32,000 nucleotides of DNA from Formosa sp. Hel1_33_131 (GCF_001735745.1 NZ_CP017260.1:1950001-1982000); one strand, 5' to 3'. Shown: positions 1 through 9,985, counted from the first letter of the stretch. Numbers and translations: made by a program. The notes: generated by a model from the sequence alone, not told the origin.

Positions 1-1572
1 TTTTTAAACTATATTTTTTTAATGTTAGGGCTCTTGGTCCTTGAAGTTACGTGTAATTTATTGTTTATTTATTATGCAAGTTGGTTAGGGCAGTCCGTGG
101 TAAGAGACATTCGGATTAAGCTTTTTAAACATATCCTTGGGTTTAAAATGAAGTATTTTGACAACTCCTCGGTGGGTGTTTTGATCACTCGAACAGTGAC
201 CGATATGGAGCGCATTGCCGATATTTTCGGAGAAGGACTGTTTATGATTTTTAGCGACATTTTAAAAATGAGTGTAGTAGGTGGGGTGATGTTTTATATG
301 AACTGGCGACTCAGTGTCATTGTCTTTTGTACGCTTCCAATCGTTTTGATAGCCACCAAAGTTTTTCAGCGGTACATGAAAAAAGCATTTGAAGATGTGC
401 GAACCGAAGTGTCTAACCTAAACTCTTTTGTACAAGAGCGCATCACGGGTATGAAAATTGTTCAAATATTTGCAAGAGAAAAAATTGAATCCGAAAATTT
501 TAGCGCCATCAACGAGCGCCACAAAAAGGGGTGGATCAAAACCGTATGGTATAATTCTGTGTTTTTCCCCATTGCAGACCTTTTATCGTCTGTGACTTTA
601 GGAACAGTGATTTGGCTTGGAGGCCTTAATACAGTACTCGATCAAACGGCTTCTATTGGCGATTTAACAGCGTTTATAATGATGGTGCCAATGATTTTTA
701 GACCCCTGAATCAAATTGCAAATAAATTCAATACCCTTCAAATGGGGATGGTGGCTGCCGATCGTGTTTTTAAAGTATTGGACACAACATCAAATATTCA
801 AGATCGTGGCGAGGGCGTTCTTAAAAATTTAAAAGGGGACTTAGAATTTAAAGATGTTAAATTCGCTTATGTCGAAAATGAACCCGTTCTAAAAGGGGTG
901 TCTTTTAAAGTGACTGCTGGAGAAACGATCGCCATCGTAGGGGCAACAGGTGCTGGAAAATCAACCATTATCAATCTGTTGAACCGTTTGTATGATATCA
1001 ATTCTGGAACCATCACGATTGATTCTAAAGACATCAAAACAATTTCAGTTAAAAATTTAAGACAAAATATAGCAGTCGTACTACAAGATGTGTTTTTGTT
1101 TGCCGATACCATCCTGAATAATATCACCCTCAAAAATCTCGATATCAGTGAAGCGGAAGTGGTAGCCGCCGCTAAAGAAATTGGTATTCATGATTTCATC
1201 ATGAGTTTACCGAAAGGCTATCATTACAATGTCAAAGAAAGAGGCGTGATGTTGTCTTCGGGGCAGCGTCAATTAATCTCATTTTTAAGAGCCTACGTGA
1301 CCAATCCAAAAATTTTAATATTGGATGAAGCCACCGCTTCGATAGATTCTTATGCCGAACAACTCATTCAAAAGGCGACTCAGAAAATCACACACGGACG
1401 TACGTCGATCGTCATTGCGCATCGCTTGGCAACCGTCAAAAAAGCAGATACAATTATTGTGTTGGATGCGGGTGAAATCGTTGAAAAAGGCACCCATGCA
1501 GACTTGTTGAAAAATAAAGAGGGGCATTACCGAAATTTATACGATGCTCAGTTTTTAACTAAAAATAGTTAA
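1..1572 (+). CDS. ABC transporter, fused permease/ATP-binding protein (exporter type); 5' end lies outside the window
   Basis: Frame 1 is open from nt 1, with no stop before the ATG at 22, so the window edge truncates the gene. The N-terminal part is TM-rich. The NBD has Walker A GATGAGKST, signature LSSGQRQ, Walker B ILILDEATASID and H-loop VIAHRL. Confidence 0.9.
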   Translation, partial: FLNYIFLMLGLLVLEVTCNLLFIYYASWLGQSVVRDIRIKLFKHILGFKMKYFDNSSVGVLITRTVTDMERIADIFGEGLFMIFSDILKMSVVGGVMFYMNWRLSVIVFCTLPIVLIATKVFQRYMKKAFEDVRTEVSNLNSFVQERITGMKIVQIFAREKIESENFSAINERHKKGWIKTVWYNSVFFPIADLLSSVTLGTVIWLGGLNTVLDQTASIGDLTAFIMMVPMIFRPLNQIANKFNTLQMGMVAADRVFKVLDTTSNIQDRGEGVLKNLKGDLEFKDVKFAYVENEPVLKGVSFKVTAGETIAIVGATGAGKSTIINLLNRLYDINSGTITIDSKDIKTISVKNLRQNIAVVLQDVFLFADTILNNITLKNLDISEAEVVAAAKEIGIHDFIMSLPKGYHYNVKERGVMLSSGQRQLISFLRAYVTNPKILILDEATASIDSYAEQLIQKATQKITHGRTSIVIAHRLATVKKADTIIVLDAGEIVEKGTHADLLKNKEGHYRNLYDAQFLTKNS

Positions 1573-1574
1573 CG

Positions 1575-2360
1575 TTAAGATAAATCGGCTTTGATTTTCT
1601 CGATCAAATCTTGCGTATCTGTATAGATCACAAACTCTCCGTTATTTACATAGGAAAGCTGTCCAGTTTCCTCACTCACCACAAGAGCCAGTGCATCTGT
1701 TTTTTCAGTAATTCCAATCGCAGCACGGTGGCGTAGTCCAAAGCGGGAAGGGATGTTTTTCTCGTTATTAACAGGGAGAATTACTCGTGTAGCCTTGATT
1801 ACGTTTTCTGAAATTATAATAGCCCCATCATGAAGGGGACTGTTCTTAAAAAAGATACTTTCCAGAATAGGTTGCGTCACGGTAATTTTCATGTCATCTC
1901 CCGTTTCTACCAAAAAATCTAAATTATTATTGCGTTCAATCACAATCAATGCCCCAGTTTTGCTGCTGCCCATTTTGGTGCAGGATTTTACAATGACTTC
2001 AGCATCAGAAGCCGTATTCTGTTGTGCTTTTACAAAACTAAAACGTTTCATAAAGGAACCGCTTTTGCTCAAATTTGTGGAGCCAATCATTAATAAAAAC
2101 TTACGAATTTCTGGTTGAAACACTACAATTAAAGCAATGATTCCAACACTCATAAAACCGCCTAAGATTTTGCTTAGCATGCGCATCTGTAACACATCTA
2201 CCAATAAATAAAAGAGGTAAAAAATTACAATCCCAAAAAAGATATTGATGGCAACGGTGCCTTTGATCAATTTATAGACATAGTACAGCAAAAATGCGAC
2301 TAAAGCAATGTCGATAAGGTCTAATATATTGAAGTTTAATAAGTCTTTGAATATGTCCAC
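1575..2360 (-). CDS. cdaA: diadenylate cyclase (c-di-AMP synthase), membrane-anchored CdaA type
   Basis: There are three N-terminal hydrophobic helices followed by a DAC domain. The domain motifs are DGAIII and RHRAAIGITEKTDALALVVSEETG. Confidence 0.85.
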   Translation of the reverse strand: MDIFKDLLNFNILDLIDIALVAFLLYYVYKLIKGTVAINIFFGIVIFYLFYLLVDVLQMRMLSKILGGFMSVGIIALIVVFQPEIRKFLLMIGSTNLSKSGSFMKRFSFVKAQQNTASDAEVIVKSCTKMGSSKTGALIVIERNNNLDFLVETGDDMKITVTQPILESIFFKNSPLHDGAIIISENVIKATRVILPVNNEKNIPSRFGLRHRAAIGITEKTDALALVVSEETGQLSYVNNGEFVIYTDTQDLIEKIKADLS

Positions 2361-2376
2361 TTGGTCTGAAAATTTT

Positions 2377-2403
2377 AATAAATATAATAAATATAATAAA
2401 TAT
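2377..2403. repeat. perfect 9-bp x 3 tandem repeat (AATAAATAT) in the folP-cdaA spacer
   Basis: Read directly from the sequence: aataaatat aataaatat aataaatat. It sits between the folP stop (2414) and the cdaA start (2360). Confidence 0.9.
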
Positions 2404-2413
2404 AAAATGAACG

Positions 2414-3238
2414 CTATTTTTGAAGCGCCTTATGAAGTTGAATGCATTCCATGGCTTCTTTCACATCGTGAACCCTTAAGAGTTTCGCACCTTTTTGAAG
2501 TGCCACCATATGCAGTGCTGTACTGCCGTTAAGCGCTTGGTTTGCTGTCGTATTTAAGGTTTTATAAATCATCGATTTTCTAGAAACTCCCGCCAAAAGA
2601 GGGAGGTTTAAGTTGTTGTAATAATCGAACATCGCTAAAAGTTCAAAATTCTGTTCAATAGTTTTCGAGAAGCCAAACCCAAGATCTAAAATGATATCTT
2701 TTAGTTGGTGTGTTCTTGCCAATTGAATCCGTTCAGTAAAATAAGTATAAACCTCTTTTACCACATCCGAATAGTTGGTCATTTTTTGCATCGTTTGCGG
2801 TGTGCCGCGCATGTGCATCATAATATAAGGGACACCGAGCGTTCCAACCGTTTCAAACATTAAGGGATCTAATTGACCCCCAGAAATATCATTGACCATT
2901 GCGGCACCAGCTTCAATGGATGTTTTAATAACACGGCTTCTAAAACTATCAATCGAAATACGGCTCTCAGGAAAGGTCTTGACAACGGAGTTCACAATGG
3001 GAATAAGTCGTTTTAATTCTTCCTCTTCCGAAACAAAATCAGCGCCTGGTTGCGAGCTATAAGCACCAATATCGATAAAAGTAGCCCCTTCCTTCAGTAA
3101 TTTTTCAACTTGTGTTAACATACTTTTTTTGTCTTTAAAGCGTCCACCATCATAAAATGAGTTGGGAGTCACATTCAAAATACCCATCACTTTAGGAGTG
3201 TTGAGGTCAATTAGTTGGCCGTTACAATTGAGAGTCAT
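2414..3238 (-). CDS. folP: dihydropteroate synthase
   Basis: Motifs are GILNVTPNSFYDGG, DIGAYSSQPGA, MVNDISGG and LLRVHDV. The tracked ORF runs to 3349. The internal ATG at 3238 (MTLNCNGQ...) gives a normal ~275-aa FolP and removes the overlap with the divergent gene at 3344. Confidence 0.9.
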   Translation of the reverse strand: MTLNCNGQLIDLNTPKVMGILNVTPNSFYDGGRFKDKKSMLTQVEKLLKEGATFIDIGAYSSQPGADFVSEEEELKRLIPIVNSVVKTFPESRISIDSFRSRVIKTSIEAGAAMVNDISGGQLDPLMFETVGTLGVPYIMMHMRGTPQTMQKMTNYSDVVKEVYTYFTERIQLARTHQLKDIILDLGFGFSKTIEQNFELLAMFDYYNNLNLPLLAGVSRKSMIYKTLNTTANQALNGSTALHMVALQKGAKLLRVHDVKEAMECIQLHKALQK

Positions 3239-3343
3239 AAAAAGGTATTGTTGGTTGTTTTTGTCAAGATTTAAAACTTTAAACCATAAATCTTGATGTT
3301 TTGAATATTTTAAGCGAAATTTACGGAAAATTCGATTTATTTC

Positions 3344-3883
3344 ATGCAAAATACTTCAAAAGAATACGATGCCGTTGTACAAGTCTGCCAAGATCTGTTT
3401 AGTAAAAAGATGAAAGACTATGGATGCGCATGGCGAATTCTTAGATTACCTTCGTTAACAGACCAGATTTTCATCAAGGCACAGCGCATTAGAGGACTTC
3501 AGCAAAACGCCATTCAAAAGGTAGAGGAGGGCGCTGCAAGTGAGTTTGTGGGGATCATTAATTATTGCGTCATGGCACTCATTCAAATTGAAAAGGGAGT
3601 TGTGGAGCAGCCCGACTTGTCATTTGAGGAAGCGGTAGCGTTGTATGAAGACAAAATTGCGGTCACCAAACAGTTGATGCTGGATAAAAATCACGATTAT
3701 GGCGAAGCCTGGCGCGATATGCGTGTGAGTTCCTTGACCGATTTGATTTTACAAAAATTATTACGGGTCAAACAAATAGAAGACAATGCCGGCCACACCC
3801 TTGTTAGCGAGGGAATTGACGCCAATTATCAGGATATGATCAATTATGCCATCTTTGCTTTAATTCACTTAAACGAATCTTAA
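3344..3883 (+). CDS. DUF1599-like protein (two internal repeats)
   Basis: There is an internal duplication: KKMKDYGCAWRILRLPSLTDQIFIKAQRI and DKNHDYGEAWRDMRVSSLTDLILQKLLRV. I recall the DYG-x-AW...LTD pattern and the position next to folP as typical of Bacteroidota DUF1599 proteins. This is a family assignment from memory. Confidence 0.5.
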   Translation: MQNTSKEYDAVVQVCQDLFSKKMKDYGCAWRILRLPSLTDQIFIKAQRIRGLQQNAIQKVEEGAASEFVGIINYCVMALIQIEKGVVEQPDLSFEEAVALYEDKIAVTKQLMLDKNHDYGEAWRDMRVSSLTDLILQKLLRVKQIEDNAGHTLVSEGIDANYQDMINYAIFALIHLNES

Positions 3884-3884
3884 T

Positions 3885-4979
3885 ATGAAAATCTTAGTTC
3901 CTTTCTCTCGTATTTTTGTTGGAATTTTATTTATAATTTCAGGCTTTATAAAACTCAATGATCCTTTGGGGTTTTCTTATAAACTTCAAGAATATTTTAG
4001 TGCAGAGGTTTTAAATATTCCTTTTTTGGAACCCTATGCGCTTATCATTTCTGTTTTGGTGGTGGTTTTTGAAGTCGTTCTTGGCGTGTTTTTATTGATT
4101 GGATACAAGCCAAAATTCACCGTATGGAGCTTGTTGCTCATGATTGTGTTTTTTACGTTTCTCACCTTTTATTCTGCATACTTTGATAAAGTGAAGGATT
4201 GTGGATGTTTTGGCGATGCTTTAAAATTAACCCCTTGGGAAAGCTTCACAAAAGATGTGGTCTTATTGGCGTTTGTATTGATTTTGTTTTTTGGAAAATC
4301 GTACATCACTCCTATATTTAAGCCGTTACCAAACACTATTCTTGCACTTCTGAGTTTTATAGCCAGTCTTGCTTTTGGATACCATGTGTTGATGCATTTA
4401 CCGAGTATTGATTTTAGAGCTTACAAAATAGGGGATAACCTCATTAAAAACATGAGTACCCCTGTAGATGCGCCTAAAGCCGTTCAAGAATTTACATGGG
4501 TTTTTAATGTAAATGGAGAAGAAAAAACAATTGTAACCGATGGGTCTTATCCCAATGTTGAGGGTGATTACGTGAGTGTAGAAACGGAAGTTATTGACGA
4601 AGGCTATCAGCCCTCCATTTTGGATTTCTCGATAGAATCTGAGGATGAAGATTTGACCAACGCTTTTCTTAACGAAGAAAAACTCATCATGATTGTATCT
4701 TATAATTTGGACACCGCAGAAAAAGAAGGCTTGCAAAACCTGAAAGCCTTATCGGAAAATGCACAGGCGAAAGGCTATACTGTTATTGGGTTAAGTGCTT
4801 CTGGAGAAGATGCAATTTCCAAAATAAATGAAACCTACGGACTTAATTTTGAGTTTTATCTATGTGATGAAAAAGCTCTCAAAACCGTGGTGCGTTCCAA
4901 CCCAGGTGTCTTGGAATTAAATAAAGGTACGGTCCAACAAAAAGTACACTGGAATGACATTGATAATTTAGATCTTTAA
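3885..4979 (+). CDS. DoxX/MauE-like integral membrane protein with a C-terminal soluble domain
   Basis: The N-terminal half has 4-5 hydrophobic helices and a CGCFGD motif. The C-terminal ~170 aa look thioredoxin-fold-like but lack CxxC. The family name is uncertain. Confidence 0.5.
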   Translation: MKILVPFSRIFVGILFIISGFIKLNDPLGFSYKLQEYFSAEVLNIPFLEPYALIISVLVVVFEVVLGVFLLIGYKPKFTVWSLLLMIVFFTFLTFYSAYFDKVKDCGCFGDALKLTPWESFTKDVVLLAFVLILFFGKSYITPIFKPLPNTILALLSFIASLAFGYHVLMHLPSIDFRAYKIGDNLIKNMSTPVDAPKAVQEFTWVFNVNGEEKTIVTDGSYPNVEGDYVSVETEVIDEGYQPSILDFSIESEDEDLTNAFLNEEKLIMIVSYNLDTAEKEGLQNLKALSENAQAKGYTVIGLSASGEDAISKINETYGLNFEFYLCDEKALKTVVRSNPGVLELNKGTVQQKVHWNDIDNLDL

Positions 4980-4984
4980 ACCTT

Positions 4985-6064
4985 TTGGGGAGATATATAT
5001 TAAAAAAAATACAGCATTCATTTTGGACACTTTTAGGAGTTGTCACCACTATATTTTTTCTATTCAATGTCTTGCCCGGCGATCCGGCACAAATGATGCT
5101 AGGTCAAAATGAAGACCAAGCACAATTGGCAATCGTAAAACAAAAATATGGATTTGATCAGCCTGTACTTACACAATATTTGTACTATCTAAATGATTTA
5201 TCACCCTTGTCATTTCATTCAAATTCCGATGAAGATTACACCTTTTTAGAATCCCATCCTTACAGTTTTCAATCCTTGTTTAAAACCGTCAATACCACCG
5301 TCGTTTTAAAATATCCATACCTTCGTACGTCCTTCACCAAGCAAGGAAAAAAAGTCAGTCAAATACTTAAAGAAACACTTCCAAACACCATTATTCTGGC
5401 GGTTGCTTCTATTTGTGTGGCGTTGGTATTGGGGCTATTTTTAGGAGTGATTTCCGCATTGTATAAAGACCATTGGGTCGATAAAACAATTTTGGTAGTC
5501 AGTACTTTTGGGATGAGTTTGCCTTCTTTTTTTAGTGCTATTTTGGCCGCTTGGATTTTTGGATTTTTATTACACCACTACACGGGATTGGAAATGACGG
5601 GGAGTCTTTATGAATTGGATGACTTTGGAGAGGTCTATCAATTAAAACTAAAAAACTTAATATTACCCGCCTTGGTTCTAGGAATCCGTCCGTTGGCGGT
5701 TGTTACACAACTGATGCGTAACTCATTGTTAGAAGTCTTTAATCAAGATTATATTCGCACCGCACGTGCCAAAGGCTTGAGTGAATTTCAAATTATTACC
5801 AAACACGCGATGAAAAATGCGCTCAATCCCGTGGTTACTGCGATCTCAGGTTGGTTTGCCTCTCTGTTGGCTGGCGCTGTTTTTGTAGAATATATATTTG
5901 CATGGAATGGATTGGGTAAAGAAATCGTAAATGCACTAAACACCTTAGATTTACCCGTAATTATGGGGGCTGTTTTAATAATTGCCCTTACTTTTGTGCT
6001 GATCAATATTTTTGTTGATATTATTTACACCTATTTAGATCCAAAAATTAAATTAGACTCTTAA
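4985..6064 (+). CDS. ABC transporter permease (Dpp/Opp-type binding-protein-dependent inner membrane component)
   Basis: It has six hydrophobic segments and an EAA-loop region, YIRTARAKGLSEFQIITKHAMKNALNPV. The tracked start at 4985 is a TTG. Confidence 0.8.
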   Translation: MGRYILKKIQHSFWTLLGVVTTIFFLFNVLPGDPAQMMLGQNEDQAQLAIVKQKYGFDQPVLTQYLYYLNDLSPLSFHSNSDEDYTFLESHPYSFQSLFKTVNTTVVLKYPYLRTSFTKQGKKVSQILKETLPNTIILAVASICVALVLGLFLGVISALYKDHWVDKTILVVSTFGMSLPSFFSAILAAWIFGFLLHHYTGLEMTGSLYELDDFGEVYQLKLKNLILPALVLGIRPLAVVTQLMRNSLLEVFNQDYIRTARAKGLSEFQIITKHAMKNALNPVVTAISGWFASLLAGAVFVEYIFAWNGLGKEIVNALNTLDLPVIMGAVLIIALTFVLINIFVDIIYTYLDPKIKLDS

Positions 6065-6077
6065 ATAAAATTTCAAA

Positions 6078-6566
6078 ATGAAACACATATTTTTAGTATC
6101 ACTCTTCGTTAGTACACTGTTAAGTTGTCAAAATCGCGTCGAAACTGAATTTTCAGAGGCCGCTTTAAACGATGCGTTTGTGACACTAAATGGAGATTCT
6201 ATTTTATTTAAAACCATTTTGGAAAACCACCAAGGCAACACTGTTTTTATAGATGTTTGGGCCTCTTGGTGTAAAGATTGTTTGGAAGGCTTGCCAAGTG
6301 TGAAAGCACTTCAGGCGAAGCATTCCGAAGTTGATTTTGTGTATTTATCTTTAGATAAAACGCAAAAGGCTTGGAGAAAAGGGGTCGATAGATTAGAAAT
6401 TAAAGGCGATCATTACTTGATGCAATCTGGATGGAAAGGAGCCATGGGCACATTTTTAGATTTGGATTGGATTCCTCGCTATATGATTATTGACAAACAA
6501 GGAACGATTAAAGTTTTTAATGCCATTAAAACATCAGATATAACACTAATAAATAATTTAAAATGA
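6078..6566 (+). CDS. TlpA/AhpC-like thiol-disulfide oxidoreductase, probable lipoprotein
   Basis: The N-terminal signal has a Cys (LLSC). The thioredoxin active site is WASWCKDC. Confidence 0.7.
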   Translation: MKHIFLVSLFVSTLLSCQNRVETEFSEAALNDAFVTLNGDSILFKTILENHQGNTVFIDVWASWCKDCLEGLPSVKALQAKHSEVDFVYLSLDKTQKAWRKGVDRLEIKGDHYLMQSGWKGAMGTFLDLDWIPRYMIIDKQGTIKVFNAIKTSDITLINNLK

Positions 6567-7312
6567 GAAAACAAATTGTAGCAGGAAATTGGAAAATGAA
6601 TAACGACTATGTTGATTCAGAATTATTCGTTTCTAAACTGCTGAAGGAATTGAAACACAGTAAAGCAGAAGTTATTATTGCACCCCCATTTACGAGTCTT
6701 TTAGCATCTTCAAACTCAGTTAAAGGCAGTCGAGTTATAGTGGCTGCTCAAAACATGCATTTTGCAGAAAACGGAGCTTATACAGGTGAGATCAGTGCAG
6801 CAATGCTTCAAAGTGTTGGCGTTAAAACGGTTATTTTAGGACACAGTGAGCGTCGTGCGTATTTTAATGAAACCGATGCCCTTTTAGCTAAAAAAGTAGA
6901 TACGGCATTAGCTCACAATATGCGTGCGATATTCTGTTTTGGAGAAGAATTGGAAGATCGTAAATCGGGAAATGAAGAAACGATTGTCGAAGGACAAATT
7001 AAGAATGCCTTATTTCATTTGCCAGCATCTGCCTGGGAGCATATTGTATTGGCTTATGAGCCAGTTTGGGCCATTGGAACAGGGGAAACAGCATCTCCAC
7101 AACAAGCACAAGACATGCATGCTTTTATACGTCAAACCATTGCGAACCAATATTCAGCGGACTTAGCAGCTGAGGTTTCTATTTTGTATGGTGGAAGTGT
7201 GAAGCCCGCAAATGCAAAAGAAATTTTTTCAAAAACAGATGTTGATGGCGGTCTAATTGGCGGCGCAGCATTGGATGTAGAGCAATTTACAGCCATCATA
7301 AACGCATTTTAA
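6563..7312 (+). CDS. tpiA: triosephosphate isomerase
   Basis: Motifs are AGNWKMN, ILGHSERR, AYEPVWAIGTG and YGGSV. The start overlaps the upstream stop as ATGA. Confidence 0.95.
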   Translation: MRKQIVAGNWKMNNDYVDSELFVSKLLKELKHSKAEVIIAPPFTSLLASSNSVKGSRVIVAAQNMHFAENGAYTGEISAAMLQSVGVKTVILGHSERRAYFNETDALLAKKVDTALAHNMRAIFCFGEELEDRKSGNEETIVEGQIKNALFHLPASAWEHIVLAYEPVWAIGTGETASPQQAQDMHAFIRQTIANQYSADLAAEVSILYGGSVKPANAKEIFSKTDVDGGLIGGAALDVEQFTAIINAF

Positions 7313-7314
7313 AT

Positions 7315-8157
7315 TTGGGAGATTCTATCTATATAGGCTACACATTTAAAGTTCAACCCGTTCAGCCAGGTACCGAAATTTTGATTGCGGAGCTTGGCTT
7401 TTCTGGTTTCGAAAGCTTTGTAGAAACCCCCGATGGGGTCATTGCTTATATTCAAGAAGCAGATCATTTTGACATCATTTTAGACTCAATTCAGATTTTA
7501 AATTCTGAGGAGTTTGTCATCAGTTATGAATTTGAAACCATTGCGCAAACCAATTGGAATGCCGAATGGGAAAAGAATTTCAACCCCATTGTTGTCGAAG
7601 ATCGCTGTGCGATTCGTGCGCCTTTTCATGAAGTATTTGATGTTGAATATGACATTATTATTGAACCCAAAATGAGCTTTGGAACCGGACATCATGAAAC
7701 CACGTACATGATGATTCAACATATTTTAGCATTTGATTTTACCAACAAATCTGTTTTGGATATGGGTTGTGGAACCGGTGTGCTAGCTATTTTGGCCGAA
7801 AAAAAAGGGGCTACATCTTTAGAAGCCATTGATATTGATAATTGGTGTTATTTAAATAGTTTAGAAAATATCTCACGAAATGATTGTCACCACATCAAGG
7901 TTTTAGAAGGGGATGCGTCCTTACTTGAAGGAAAACGTTTTGATGTTGTCATCGCAAACATTAATCGAAACATTCTGTTGAATGACTTAAGTACATATGT
8001 TACTTGTTTAAATGAAAATGGTTCCTTATTTTTAAGTGGTTTTTACGACAGCGATTGTGAGTTGATTGAGGCAACTTGCAACGAACTCGATTTGAAACTT
8101 GAGAAAAAATTAACACGAAACAATTGGGTCGCCCTGAAATTCGTTAAGTCATTATGA
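7315..8157 (+). CDS. prmA: ribosomal protein L11 methyltransferase
   Basis: Motifs are FGTGHHETT and the SAM-binding LDMGCGTGVLAI. The start codon is TTG. Confidence 0.9.
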   Translation: MGDSIYIGYTFKVQPVQPGTEILIAELGFSGFESFVETPDGVIAYIQEADHFDIILDSIQILNSEEFVISYEFETIAQTNWNAEWEKNFNPIVVEDRCAIRAPFHEVFDVEYDIIIEPKMSFGTGHHETTYMMIQHILAFDFTNKSVLDMGCGTGVLAILAEKKGATSLEAIDIDNWCYLNSLENISRNDCHHIKVLEGDASLLEGKRFDVVIANINRNILLNDLSTYVTCLNENGSLFLSGFYDSDCELIEATCNELDLKLEKKLTRNNWVALKFVKSL

Positions 8158-8429
8158 GTACAAAAGAAAAAATTAAAGAAGATGTAGAGGTTTCAGTTGA
8201 AGAAGGACATTTAAATGAAATTGTCTTGTTCAACGACGAGGTCAATACTTTTGACCATGTGATAGAAACCCTAGTTGATGTTTGTAAGCATTCCTACGAA
8301 CAGGCAGAACAATGTTCGTTACTGGTTCATTATAAAGGAAAATGTACCGTTAAAACGGGGGTGTATGAGGAGTTGGAACCTCAATGTACTCAACTTCTAA
8401 AAGCAGGCTTAAGCGCTGAAATCGTTTAA
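8154..8429 (+). CDS. clpS: ATP-dependent Clp protease adaptor ClpS
   Basis: The core VLFNDEVNTFDHVIETLVDVC...EQAEQCSLLVHYKGK is typical of ClpS. The protein is 91 aa. Confidence 0.85.
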   Translation: MSTKEKIKEDVEVSVEEGHLNEIVLFNDEVNTFDHVIETLVDVCKHSYEQAEQCSLLVHYKGKCTVKTGVYEELEPQCTQLLKAGLSAEIV

Positions 8430-8535
8430 GATTCTGTATCCACACTCACATTTTGAATGCCTTCTAAATCATTGAGTTTAGTGATAATGGTATGGGCACA
8501 TCCACCACATTTAAGATTTCAAGAGTTGTGGTCAT
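8426..8535 (-). pseudogene. remnant of a small heavy-metal-associated (HMA, CGGC-type) domain gene, frameshifted and truncated
   Basis: The ATG at 8535 gives MTTTLEILNVVDVPIPLSLNSMI*. The +2 frame reads NLKCGGCAHTIITKLNDLEGIQNVSVDTES*, an HMA-like metal-binding loop and helix with no start codon of its own. A 1-nt loss near 8506-8516 would join the two frames. The total is only about half an HMA fold. Confidence 0.45.
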
Positions 8536-8546
8536 AGTCAAAGCAA

Positions 8547-9959
8547 TTAAATTGTGGATGGGCATACAAATTCAGATAGTGATAAATCGGTCTTTTTAAG
8601 CGCTGTAAATCCACCAGCGATATCAACGATGTTACGAAAGCCACGTGCTTTTAAAATGGATGCCGCAATCACAGAGCGGAAGCCACCAGCACAATGAATG
8701 TAATAGGTTTTGTTGGCATCAATTTGATCCATTTGATGGTTGATGTAATCCAATGCGAAATGCTGCAGATCGTCCAATTTCAAATGCATCGAGTTATATT
8801 CGCCATCCTTACGAACATCCAAAACATGGAGGTTGTTCTCTCTTGTTTTTGTTGAAAACTCTTTTGCTGAAATAGAAATTATTTGATCGGTTGTTTTTCC
8901 CGAAGCGATCCAAGCGTCCATCCCGCCTTCTAAATAGCCAAGCGTGTTGTCATAGCCAACGCGGGCTAAACGGATCACAGCTTCTTCTGACTTCCCTTCA
9001 GGAACGACTAATAGGATGGGTTGATTGATGTCTGTAATGAGCGCGCCAACCCAGGGGGCAAAGCCGCCATTAAGTCCAATAAAAATAGACCCTGGAATGT
9101 GATTTTTTATAAAGTCTTGTTGTGTACGAACATCTAAAATAAGTGCCTCTTCGGATTTTGCCAATTGTTCAAACACTTGCGCAGAAAGGGGGGTGTCACC
9201 ATTAGATAATACTTGTTCCAAATTGGAATACCCACTTTGATTCATTTTGGCATTTTTGGCAAAATATTGTGGAGGTGGACTGATGCCGTCTAGGACTTCT
9301 GTGACAAACTCTTCTTTGGTCATATCGGAACGTAGGGCGTAATTGGTGTTTTTTTGATCTCCAATGGTGCCAACCGTTTCTTTACTTAAATTTTTCCCGC
9401 AAGCCGATCCAGCTCCATGTGCAGGATATACAATCACAGCATCGTCTAAAGTCATAATTTTTGATCGCAAGGATTGAAACAACATTCCCGCCAAATCTTT
9501 TTCAGTGAGGTCTGATTTAACAGCCAAATCTGGACGTCCAACATCTCCTAAAAACAGCGTATCGCCTGTAAACACGGCATGGTGTTGCCCGTTTTCATCA
9601 ATGAGTAAATACGTCACAGATTCTAGTGTATGACCAGGGGTATGTAATACTTTAATGGTAATGTTTCCAACTTTAAATTCTTCATTATCGGAGGCATTGT
9701 AAGAATTGAAGGTTGTTTTGGCATTTGGACCAAAGACAATCGTCGCTCCTGTTTTTTTAGCCAAGTCCACATGACCGGACACAAAATCGGCATGAATATG
9801 GGTTTCAAAAATGAATTTTATTTTTGCATTATTGGCAGTAGCTTTATCCACATAATGTTGTGTTTCTCGAAGTGGATCGATGATTGCAACTTCGCCATTG
9901 GACTCGATATAGTAGGCGCCCTGGGCCAAGCAACTGGTGTAGATTTGTTCTATTTTCAT
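8547..9959 (-). CDS. MBL-fold metallohydrolase (persulfide-dioxygenase-like) fused to two rhodanese domains
   Basis: The N-terminal MBL motifs are HIHADFVSG and HTPGHT. The C-terminal rhodanese domain has the active-site loop HCAGGFRS. Confidence 0.8.
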   Translation of the reverse strand: MKIEQIYTSCLAQGAYYIESNGEVAIIDPLRETQHYVDKATANNAKIKFIFETHIHADFVSGHVDLAKKTGATIVFGPNAKTTFNSYNASDNEEFKVGNITIKVLHTPGHTLESVTYLLIDENGQHHAVFTGDTLFLGDVGRPDLAVKSDLTEKDLAGMLFQSLRSKIMTLDDAVIVYPAHGAGSACGKNLSKETVGTIGDQKNTNYALRSDMTKEEFVTEVLDGISPPPQYFAKNAKMNQSGYSNLEQVLSNGDTPLSAQVFEQLAKSEEALILDVRTQQDFIKNHIPGSIFIGLNGGFAPWVGALITDINQPILLVVPEGKSEEAVIRLARVGYDNTLGYLEGGMDAWIASGKTTDQIISISAKEFSTKTRENNLHVLDVRKDGEYNSMHLKLDDLQHFALDYINHQMDQIDANKTYYIHCAGGFRSVIAASILKARGFRNIVDIAGGFTALKKTDLSLSEFVCPSTI

Positions 9960-9985
9960 GACTAAAAATAATTAAAGTATAGTCA

